NCBI RefSeq assembly: GCF_963921235.1
Contig: NC_086109.1
Span: forward strand, 4,404,001-4,468,000
From: Mobula hypostoma
Lineage: Eukaryota
Direction of reading: 5' to 3'
DNA: 64,000 nucleotides
Both the position numbers and the translations under genes were made by a program. Of the stretch, positions 38,840-50,117 are shown one piece after another (positions within the stretch are counted from its first letter, which is position 1; every line of letters starts with the position of its first letter). The notes under the pieces are model-generated. The model did no database searches. It was not told the DNA's origin and saw only the letters and a program-made list of their open reading frames with translations.

Positions 38840-39705
38840 AGACAAGATGTTTGCAAGAAAATTGTCAAGAACAACTCAACTCAATCATCAACCTCCCGAG
38901 TACCACATTTTCAGAGTTGATATGTTTGTTTGTGTTTAACGGTACAGGGAGCCCACAGGGTATCCCTAGCACATCCTCAGTGCTCAGGGCAAAGCTCAAG
39001 TCCAGAGGCTACCACCAGGATCACTCCTCACCCAGTGCCAGGCATCCCAGAACTTCCTGGGGGATCAGCTGCACCACCACCCTGCCTCTAACACCAGGCT
39101 CTATGGAATTTACTCTACCCACCTAGCCCCAAAATTCCCGCATCCAACACCCATGGAATTCTAGTGCATCTAAAGAAAAAATCTCTTCAAACATCCCCCT
39201 TTACAATTGGCTACCATCTCCGACCAAATGCAGATATCTGGTCTTCGATTAGCTTTACTTGTCACATGTACAAATCACACACACAGCAAAATTCATCGAG
39301 TCCACAACCAACCTAGCCCGAAGCATGCTGGGGGCAGCCCGCAGTTGTCGCCATGCTTCTGGTGCCAACATAGCATACCCATAACTCACTAACACTAACC
39401 CAATCATCTTTTGAAATGTAGGAGGAAACCAGAGCACTAGAAGAAGCCCACAGGTCACGGGGAGAATGTACAAACTCCTTACAGACACTGGTGAGAAATG
39501 AACCCCAATCAATGATCACAGTCAGTATAAAGAGTTACCTTAACCACTACCTTACCATGCTGCCCCGGAATGACGTGCCCCTTTCTTAACACCACTAACT
39601 CTCTGCAGGCAGATGTGGCACTAAGTTAGCACCAGAGTCCTTCCTGTCCAACAGACGTTAACAGTAAGGTTTATCTCAACTTTTCCCCGGCAACTTGTTT
39701 TTCAG

Positions 39706-39779
39706 ATACAAGATGAGCGATGGAGGTGTGCGTATATGTGGTTCCAGTGGCTGGACGGGTCAGGCGCCAACCTGCACGG
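39706..39779 (+). CDS. Gene A exon 4: second half of CCP module 2 (YKMSDGGVRICGSSGWTGQAPTCT)
   Basis: Acceptor ttgtttttcag, donor G|GTAAGT. 74 nt, phase 2-1. Completes the C..GW....P.C motif in frame with exon 3. Confidence 0.93.
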
Positions 39780-40328
39780 GTAAGTTAATCTTGTTGTCCT
39801 TCCTAAGGACCTGATACATTTAACACCTGATCACTGAGTGACTTTGTAGCATCTGACATATCTGACCCAGTTGGTGGACTGGGGGTGGAAAGAGAACTCT
39901 GACTGCAGCCAGGAGATTCACCTGTTCCTCTGGTTTGCCTCCACTGTTGAACCCAGCTTAATACATAAGCATTCTCTTCTATCACTCTAACTTTCAACAT
40001 TTTCTTTCCACAATCAAAAAGAGACTTGAAACAAATTCCTGATGATCAGATTGTGCATTCAATTTATAAAATTATAGGCATTCTACATCAAAATCATGTT
40101 TGTTGTCATGCGTTGAGTTCAAGGGTCAAGATGTTCAGCTTTCTAGTTAGGCTGCATCTGATGTATTGTGTACAGTTCTGGTTGCCCCATTATACAAAGG
40201 ATATTCAAGCTTTGGAGAGGGTGAAGAGATTAACCAGGATGTTGCCTGGATTAGAGGGCATGTGCTATAACAAGAGTTTGGACAAAGTTGGCTGTTTTCT
40301 CTGGAGTACCAGAGGCTGAGGGGAGAGA

Positions 40329-43300
40329 GATAGATAGATAGATAGATAGAATAGTACAGCACAGTACAGGCTTTTCGGCCCACAATGTTGTGCCGACCCT
40401 CAAACCCTGCCTCCCATATAAGCCCCACCTTAGATTCCTCCATATACCTGTCTAGTAGTCTCTTAAACTTCACTAGTGTATCTGCCTCCATCACTGACTC
40501 AGGCAGTGCATTCCACGCACCAACCACCCTCTGAGTAAAAGACCTTCCTCTCATATCCCCCTTGAACTTCCCACCCCTTACCTTAAAGTCATGTCCTCTT
40601 GTATTGAGCAGTGGTGCCCTGGGGAAGAGGCGCTGGCTATCCACTCTATCTATTCCTCTTATTATCTTGTACACGTCTATCATGTCTCCTCTCATCCTCC
40701 TTCTCTCCAAAGAGTAAAGCCCTAGCTCCCTTAATCTCTGATCATAATGCATACTTTCTAAACCAGGCAGCATCCTGGTAAATCTCCTCTGTACCCTTTC
40801 CAATGCTTCCACGTCCTTCCTATAGTGAGGTGACCAGAACTGGACACAATACTCCAAGTGTGGCCTAACCAGAGTTTTATAGAGCTGCATCATTACATCG
40901 CAACTCTTAAACTCTATCCCTCAACTTATGAAAGCTAACACCCCATAAGCTTTATTAGCTACCTTAACCACCTGTGAGGCAACTTTCAGGGATCTGTGGA
41001 CATGTACCCCCAGATCCCTCTGCTCCTCCACACTACCAAGTATCCTGCCATTTATTTTGTACTCTGCCTTGGAGTTTGTCCTTCCAAAGTGTACCACCTC
41101 ACACTTCTCCGGGTTGAACTCCATCTGCCACTTCTCAGCTCACTTCTGCATCCTATCAATGTCTCTCTGCAATCTTTGACAATCCTCTACACTATCTACA
41201 ACACCACCAACCTTTGTGTCGTCTGCAAACTTGCCAACCCACCCTTCTACCCCCACATCCTGGTCGTTAATAAAAATCACGAAAAGTAGAGGTCCCAGAA
41301 CAGACCCTTGTGGGACACTACTAGTCACAATCCTCCAATCTGAATGTACTCCCTCCACCACCACCCTCTGCCTTCTGCAGGCAAGCCAATTCTGAATCCA
41401 CCTGGCCAAACTTCCCTGGATCCCATGCCTTCTAAATTTCTGAATAAGCCTACCGTGTGGAACCTTGTCAAATGCCTTACTAAAATCCATATAGATCACA
41501 TCCACTGCACTACCCTCACCTATATGCCTGGTCACCTCCTCAAAGAACTCTATCAGGCTGGTTAGACATGATCTGCCCTCCAAAAAGCCATGCTGACTGT
41601 CCCTGATCAGACCATGATTCTCTAAATCCCCACAGATCCTATCTCTAAGAATCTTTTCCAACAGCTTTCCCACCACAGACGTAAGGCTCACTGGTCTATA
41701 ATTACCCGGACTATCTCTACTACCTTTTTTGAACAAGGAAACAACATTCGCCTCTCTCCGATCCCCCACTACCATTCCTGTGGACAACGAGGACATAAAG
41801 ATCCTAGCCAGAGGCTCAGCAATCTCTTCTCTTGCTCGTGAAGCAGCCTGGGGAATATTCCATCAGGCCCCGGGGACTTATCTGTCCTAATGTAGTTTAA
41901 CAACTCCAACACCTCCTCTCCCTTAATATCAGCATGCTCCAGAACCTCACTCATATTGTCCTCACCATCATCAAGTTCCCTCTAATTGGTGAATACCAAA
42001 GAGAAGTATTCTTTGAGGACCTCGCTCACTTCCACAGCCTGCAGGCACATCTTCCCACCTTTATCTCTAATCGGTCCTACCTTCACTCCTGTCATCCTTT
42101 TTTTCTTCACATAATTGAAGAATGCCTTGGGGTTTTCCTTTACCCTATTCGCCAAGGCCTTCTCATGCCCCCTTCTTGCTCTTCTCAGCCCCTTCTTAAG
42201 CTCCTTTCTTGCTTCCCTATATTCCTCAATAGACCCATCTGATCCTTACTTCCTAAACCTCATGTATGCTGCCTTCTTCCTCCTGACTAGATTTTCCACC
42301 TCACTTGTCACCCAAGGTTCCTTCACCCTACCATTCTTTATTTTCCTCACCGGGACAAATTTATCCCTTACATCCCGCAAGAGATCTCTAAACATCGACC
42401 ACATGTCCATAGTACATTTCCCTGCAAAAACATCATCCCAATTCACACCCGCAAGTTCTAGCCTTATAGCCTCATAATTTGCCTTTCCCCAATTAAAAAT
42501 TTTCCTGTCCTCTTTGATTCTATCCTTTTCCATGATAATTATAAAGGCCAGGGAGCGGTGGTCACTGTCTCCCAGATGCTCACCCACTGAGAGATCTGTG
42601 ACCTGACCCGGTTCATTACTAGTACTAGATCTGGTATGGCATTCCCCCTGGTCGGCCTGTCCACATACCATGACAGGAATCCATCCTGGACACACTTAAC
42701 AAATTCTGCCCCATCTAAACCCTAGGAACTAATCAGGTGCCAATCAAAAGTTAAAGTCACCCATGATAACAATCCTGTTATTTTTGCACCTTTCCAAAAT
42801 CTGCCTCCCAATCTGCTCCTCTGTATCTCTGCTGCTACCAGGGGGCCTATAGAATACCCCCAGTAGAGTAACTGTTCCCTTCCTGTTCCTGACTTCCACC
42901 CACATTGACTCAAAAGAGGATCCTGCTACATTACCCACCCTTTCTGTAGCTGTAATAGTATCCCTGACCAGTAATGCCACCCCTCCTCCCCTTTTTCCTC
43001 CCTCTCTATCCCTTTTAAAGCACTGAAATCCAGGAATATTGAGAATCCATTCCTGCCCTGGTGCCAGCCAAGTCTCTGTAATGGCCACTACATCATAATT
43101 CCATGTATGTATCCAAGCTCTCAGTTCATCACCTTTGTTCCTGATGCTTCTTGCATTGAGGTACACACATTTCAGCCCTTCTACCTTACTGTCTTTACAC
43201 CGTTTATTCTGCTTCTCTTTCCTCAAAGCCTCTCTGTATGTTAGATCTGGCTTTACTCCATGTACTTATTTCACTGCTCTATCGCTCTGGGTCCCATCCC

Positions 43301-44294
43301 CCTCGCAAATTAGTTTAAACCCTCCCGAACCATGCTAGCAAACCTACCTGCAAGGATATTGCTCCCCCTCAAGTTCAGGTGCAACCCATCCAATCTGTAC
43401 AGGTCCCACCTTCCCCAGAAGAGATCCCAATGATCTGAAAATCTAAAACCCTGCTCCCTGCACCAACTCCTCAGCCACGCATTCAACTGCCATCTCCTCC
43501 AATTCTTACCATCTCTGTCACGTAGCACTGGCAGCAATCCTGAGAACGTCACCCTTGAGGTCCTGTTCTTCAGCCTTCTGCCTAATTCCCGAAACTCACA
43601 CTTCAGGACCTCATCCCTTTTCCTGTCTATGTCGTTGGTGCCAACATGTATCACGACTTCTGGTTGCTTTCCCTCTCGTACCAGGATGTCGCGCACCCGC
43701 TCAGAGACATCCCGGACCCTGGCATCCGGGAGGCAACAAACCATGAGGGTGTCCTTCTCACGCCACAAAATCTCCTGTCTGCTCCCTTGACTATAGAGTC
43801 TCCAATGACGACAGCTCTCCTCTTCTCCGTCCCACCCTTCTGCACCACTGGGTCAGACTCAGTGCCGGAGGCCCTGCCACCGTGGCTCACACCTGGTCGG
43901 TTGTCCCCACCGACAGTATCCGGGACGGTAAACTTATTATTCAGGGGAATGGCTACAGGGGTGCTCTGCACTACCTGACTGCTCACCTTCACTTTCCCCC
44001 CTCTGACTGTCACCCAACAACCTGCTTCCAACAGCCTAGGTGTGACTACATCCCTGTAGCTCTCATCTATGACTGCCTCATTCTCCCTTATGAGTCAAAG
44101 GTCATCCAGCTGCTGCTCCAGATTCCTTACACGGTCTTCCAGATCGCCCAGCCGTATGCACTTCTGGCAGATGTGACTCAGCGGGAGAGGGGCGTTCCCC
44201 CAAGACTGCCACATCTCACATGAGAGGCACATCACCGTCTCAGAAGACATTGCAAAAACTAACTGTGAGCTAGCTTGTCCTCTGCCTCTTCTCT
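40329..44294 (-). mobile_element. Near full-length CR1 LINE: ORF1 (Zn-finger/leucine zipper + SGNH esterase) and ORF2 (APE + RT), frameshifted
   Basis: ORF1: CLSCEMW..HICQKC..LE..V..LEQQL, VIGDSIV, HVGTND, DGLHL. APE: YLNARS, ITETW, YRPP, GDFN, SDH. RT: DFSKAFD, PQGSVLGP, FADD. (tcta)n tail. Interrupts a + strand CR1 fragment. Confidence 0.95.
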
Positions 44295-44539
44295 GTTAGA
44301 GGTTTATAAAATTATGAGAGTCATAGATAGTGTAGAGAGACAATATCTTTTTCTAACAGTTGAAATATCTAATAGCAGAGGGTATGTATTTAAGGAGAGA
44401 GTGGATAATTTCAAAGGAGATGTGAGGGGCAAGTTTTTTTGTATACAGAGTAGTGATGCTTGGAACGCATTGCCTGGGCTGGTGCTAGAGGCAGAAACAA
44501 AGTTCAAAGTAAACATTATGGAGTTTTAAGAGATAGTTG

Positions 44540-46710
44540 AGATGTCAACTATATCAATATTACAGTGGAGTAAAGGGAATTACAGAGGCATGAGAGAGGA
44601 GTTGGCCAGAATTAACTGGAAAAGAACACTGGCAGGGATGATGGCAGAGCAACATGGCTGAAATTTCTGGAAGCAATTCGCAAGGCACAATATATATACA
44701 TATCAAAGAGTAAGAAGTATTCTAAAGGAAAGATGACACAACTGTGGCTAACGAGAGAAGTCAAAGCCAATATAAAAGCCAAAGAGAGGGTACACAATAG
44801 AGCAAAAATTAGTGGGAAGTTAGAGGATTGGAAAGTTTTAAAAAGCCAACAGAAGGCAACTAAAAAAGTCATTAAGGTAAAGATAGAATACAAAAGTAAG
44901 ATAGCCAATAATATTAAAAGGATACCAAAAGTTTATTCAGATACATAAAGGATAAAAGAGAGGCGAGAGTGGATATTGGACCAATGAAAAACAATGCTGG
45001 TTAATGGGGATTAACAAAATGGTGGACAAACTGAATAAGTATTTTACATCAGTCTTCACAGCAGAAGACACTAGCAATATGGTGGAAGTTCTAGGTGTCA
45101 GGGGTCATGAAGTGTGTGAAGTTACCATAACTAGAGAAAAGGTTCTTGGGAAACTGAAAGGTCTGAAGGTGGATAAGTCACCTGGACCAGATGGTGTGCA
45201 CCACAGAGTTCTGAAAGAAGTGGCTGAAGAGATTATAGAGGCATTGATAATAATCTTTCAAGAATCACTGGATTCTGGAATGGTTACAGAAGACTGGAAA
45301 ATTGCAAATATCTCTCCTCAAGAAGAGAGAGCGGCAGAAGAAAACTATAGGCCAGTTAGTCTGACCGCAGTTGGGAAGATGTTGGAGTTCATTCTTAAGG
45401 AAGAGGTCTCAGCGTACTTGGAGGCACATGATAAAATAGACCGTAGTCAGCATGATTTCCTCAAGGAACAATCTTGGCTAACAAATCTGTTGTAATTCTT
45501 TGAAGAAATAACAAGCAGGTTAGACAAAGGAGAACTGGTTGATGTTGTATACTTGGATTTTCAGAAGGCCTTTGACAAGGTGCCATACATGAGGTTGCTT
45601 AACAAGCTACAAGCCCATTGTATTACAGGGAAGATTCTAGCATGGATAAAGTAGTGGCTGATTGGCAGAAGAAAAAGAGTAAGAATAAAGGGAGCTTTAT
45701 CTGGCTGGCTGCTGGTGACTAATGGTGTTCCACAAGCGTCTACATTAGGACTGATTCTATTTACATTATGTGTTAATGGTTTGGATGATGGAATTGACAG
45801 GTCTGTAGCAAAGTTTGCACATGATATGAAGATAGGTGGATGGGCAGACAGTTTTGAGGAAGTAAAGAGGCCACAGAACAATTTAGACAGATTAGGATAA
45901 TGGGCAAAGAAATGGCAGATGGTATACTGTATTGGGAAGTGTATGGTCATGCACTTTGGTAGAAGAAATTAAAGGGTTGACTATTTTCTAAATGGAGAGA
46001 GAATACAAAAAAAACCGAGGTGTAAAGGGATGGAAGTCCTTGTGCAGGATTCCCTAAAGGTTAATTTGCAGGTTGAGTCTGTGGTTGAGGAAGGCAATTG
46101 CAATGTTAGCATTCAATTCGAGAGGACTAGAATATAAAAGCAAGGATGTAATGTGGAAACTTTATAAAACCCTGGTGGGGCCTCCCTTGGGAGTATTGTG
46201 GAACTTCAGGGTTCAAAGGAGGTTCATGAAAATTATTCCAAGATTGAATGGCTTGTCATATGAGGAGCAGTTGATGGCTCTGGGCCTGTATTTGCCAGAA
46301 TTCAGAAGAATGAGGGGTGACCTCATTGAAACTTGTCGAATAGTGAAAGGCCTTGATAGTACGGATGTGAAGAGGATGCTTCCTATGGTGGGAGAGTCTA
46401 AGACTAGAGTACACAGCCTCAGAATAGAGGGGCATCCTTCTAGAACAAAGATGAGGAGGGATTTCTTCAGCCAGATAGTGGTAAATCTGGGGAATTCTTT
46501 GCCACTGGCAGCAGTGGAGGCCAAGTCTTTGTGCATACTTAAGGCAGAGGTCAATAGATTCATGATTGGTCAGGGCATGAAGGGATATGGGGAGAAGGCA
46601 GGAGATTGAGACTGAGAGGAAAATTGAATCATCCATGATGAAATGGCAGAGAAGACTCAAAGGGCCAAATAATCTAATTCTACTCATATATATGATCTTA
46701 TGGTTTATAA
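44540..46710 (+). mobile_element. CR1/HER1 LINE, degenerate ORF2
   Basis: KSPGPDG, NYRPVSLT, GVPQ, KFAHD, DLIETCRI motifs with many stops. Confidence 0.9.
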
Positions 46711-47379
46711 AGACATCTGAATATGAGGAGAATGGATGGTTATGGACATTATTTAAGCAGAAGAGATTAGATTAGTTAGCCATTTCATTACTAAATTGGT
46801 TCAGCACAACAGTCAGCCAAAGGGCCTGTTCCTGTGCTGTACTGTACTGTTCTATGCCCATAAGTACATGTGTGCACAGGTGCAATGAAAAACTTACTTG
46901 CAGTGGCATCACAGTGGATAAGAAGCACTTAATATAAATTATACACAATTTTTACAATAACATAATTAAAACAAAATAAATTCAATTTTGGTGTAAAGTG
47001 AGCAAAGTTGTCATTGTGTTGCTAAATCACAAACAAGGGAAAATCTGCAGATACTGTAAATCCAAGCAACACACACAGTGTTGTATAGTGTTGCTGAACT
47101 ATGATTAGGGCTGTGCCAGTTGGTTCAAAACCTGAATGGTTTAAGGGAAGTAGCTGTACTTGAACCTGGCAATGTGGGACTTCAGGTTTTTGTACCACAG
47201 GAACAAGATGATAGCTCGGGAAAGAGTGAGTTGGTTATTGAATGTAGGCAGCAAATACACATGGATGATAGAAAAATGGAGGTCTATGTGGGAGAGATGG
47301 GTTGGAATGATTTTAAAGTTAGTTAACAGATCATCATAACATTGTGGGCTGAAGGTCCTGTACTGTCCACGTTGTAATG

Positions 47380-48500
47380 TGGACAAGGTCCCACATGAAT
47401 ACTTCTCATCTGTACTTACCAAGAAATATGAGGCAGACAGTAAGTTCCAAGGAGGGGTATGTGGATTATCTGGGGCAAGTCAGGGGATGTTACAGGATTG
47501 ATAAATCTCCATTCACAGAGGAGATCTATCCATGTTGCTATGGGAGGCAAGGGAACTCTGAATGAGGGGTTTGCATATTTGTTAACTTCAGGTAAGGGTC
47601 GAGATATTGGAGGATAGTTAATGTTGTTCCATTATTTAAAGAGGCATTAGAGACAAGTCGGGTGAGCCTTGTGTCAGTGACAGGAAAACCACAGTAGTAA
47701 GTCCTAAGGAGTAGAATTTTTGTATATTTGGAATGAAAGGGGCTCATTAGGGACAGTCATGGGTTTGTGCAGAGAAACCCTTCCTCACTGATTTGAATGA
47801 GCTTTTTTGAAAAGGGAATTAAGAGGACCAATAAGGGTGGGATAGTAGACATTGTCTATATGGACTTCCATTACACACTTGTCAAAGTCCATAATAATTT
47901 GGCATCATATGTTAAAGCACATAGGATCCAAGATGATCTGGCTAAATGTTTCCAAAGTTGGCTTGGAGACAAGATGCAGAAGGTGATGGTGGAAGTTTGT
48001 GACCAGTGGTGTACCACAAGGATTCTTGTTCTTGGTGTCCATGTATGCATTAATAGCTTGGATGTGAATGTAGGAGGACTGATTAGTAAGTTTGTAGATG
48101 ACATGAAAGTTGGTGGTATTGTGAAAGATTGCCAAAGGCTACAACAGGATATAGATCAGATGGAAAGTTGGGTGCAGTATTATCAGATGGAAATTAAGCC
48201 CAATTTCAAGGTGATGTATTTTGGAAGGTCAATAGGGTTAGGGTATAAGCAGTTAATAGTAGGGTACCAAAGAATAATGAACATTTGAAAGGTGAAATAT
48301 TCGAGGAGAATCTAAGGATGAACTTCTTCACTCAGAGGGTGGTGTGAGTGTGGAATGATCTACCAGCAAAAGTGGGGGATGTGGGTTCGATTGCAAATTA
48401 ATGGATGAGAAAGGTATGGAAAGCCCATTGACTGACTGCAGGTTGGCATCGACTAGATGGGCCAAGAGACATGTTTCTCTACTGTAGTGCTCTGTGAATC
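47380..48500 (+). mobile_element. Old CR1 LINE fragments
   Basis: VDIVYMDF, GGLISKFVDDMKVGG. Confidence 0.75.
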
Positions 48501-48821
48501 TGACAAATGCCAATAGGCAAAAAGGTTAGCATCAACAGCATGGGCTGAATGACCCAATACTACACTGTACAATTCTAACACAAGTTACAAATGTTCTTTG
48601 ACAACACTTTTATATTAAAAATAAGCACTGGGTGGAAGTTTTTCAGTGTACAACTTTGTTCTCAATTATCAGATTGTGATTGCTTGGTTGTGTTAATCTG
48701 CAACAGCATAAAAATATATTAACCAATAGGAGGGTAATTGAGGATGATCAGGAATGATTATAGAAAATTCATTATATCTACAATCATAAACTGAAAATAA
48801 TCATTTTAATTTTTCATGCAG

Positions 48822-49000
48822 TATCTACTGCAGCTGAAATCCTTAATGAAATGATCACATTTGGGCACGAGCTCATCAACAAGGAAGAAAGTGTGATCAA
48901 ATCATACTACCACCTTCTGGAAAGGGAACGCGAACTTCTTAGATCAAAAGAGAAGCTTCTTCATGAAGCAGAGAAGTATGTTAATGAAAATATTCTTTAA
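48822..49000 (+). CDS. Gene A terminal exon: coiled-coil tail (VSTAAEILNEMITFGHELINKEESVIKSYYHLLERERELLRSKEKLLHEAEKYVNENIL*)
   Basis: Acceptor ttttaatttttcatgcag, phase 1 and in frame with exon 4. Non-repetitive sequence among LINE debris, heptad periodicity, stop TAA at 48998-49000, AATAAA downstream. Total CDS 612 nt = 203 aa. Confidence 0.85.
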
Positions 49001-49158
49001 AGAGTTCTAAATTCATCATAATTAAATGTTATGATTTAATAATCACATCAGGTTTTACTAAAGTTGTATTCCATGTAAACCTGAGAAATTCTGACAGTGT
49101 TAAATCTACATGCATTTGTGGTATTGCAATTTCTATTGTCGATAGTCTTGAAGAAACT

Positions 49159-49164
49159 AATAAA
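49159..49164 (+). promoter_or_regulatory. Polyadenylation signal of gene A
   Basis: AATAAA ~160 nt after the stop codon, followed by T/GT-rich sequence. Confidence 0.65.
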
Positions 49165-50117
49165 ATGAAGAATGCACAGTAAATTATTTTTGGATGGGTA
49201 TCAAAGTTTCTAAGTTCTTACACTTTCAAAGCTTTAACTGCATCTCAGCTTTTCCCTTGTGTGGACAGGATTGGATCAACACAGCTACATTTAACACCAA
49301 CACATATTGGGTGGCCTGAGAAAAACACATTCACAAAGACCAGTTTGGGACCATGTTGGTTTACACTCAGGAGCAAAAACAAGGTCATTTGAGCAGCTGA
49401 TGCACATCACAAGTCCTAGTTATGTGACCACCCTACCAGGCATACAATTGCTGAAGAGTACTGATAATGGCTGGGATCATCCATTTTGTAAAGATACTAC
49501 CCAGAAGGCAGCATTGGCAAACCACTTCTGTAGAAAAATTTGCCAAGAACAATCATGGTCAAGGGTCTATAATCACCTACATCATACAACACAACACAAT
49601 GATGATGACTACAGGTGTTAGTAGCCAATAGCATCCATACATTAAAGGCAAATAATACTTCAGAATTAGTAAAGTAACTGTCCAATACTAAGTGTCACCC
49701 TAGAATCTTGTACTAGCATCCTCATCTTGCCTTGGAATGTCAAATGGTTTTTCACCCCTGCTGTGCTAATGGAAGTTATGCTCCTCAAAAACCTTTCTTC
49801 AAAGGCCCGTGTTGGCTGCACATGATCTGCAAACTATCCTTGCCTGGACATTGTCTTAATCCTTACCTTGCTGCAACTTCCACAAGCACCTCTATTGACA
49901 ATAGAACCTGCAGAATGGGATATCTGTTGCAAGGACGTGGCTGGGGACAAACCCAAGTGCAGGACATAGATGCTGAGGCAGAGTCATTAGGCGTTGCACC
50001 TCCGCGAACGGGGAGCCGATATCCGGGAGATGATGCGAAGCTTAGAACTAACAGTTCTCAGGAATAGGAAACAAGGTTTACTCTCACAAGAGCCGACCAA
50101 CGAACTGGCGGCTTCTT

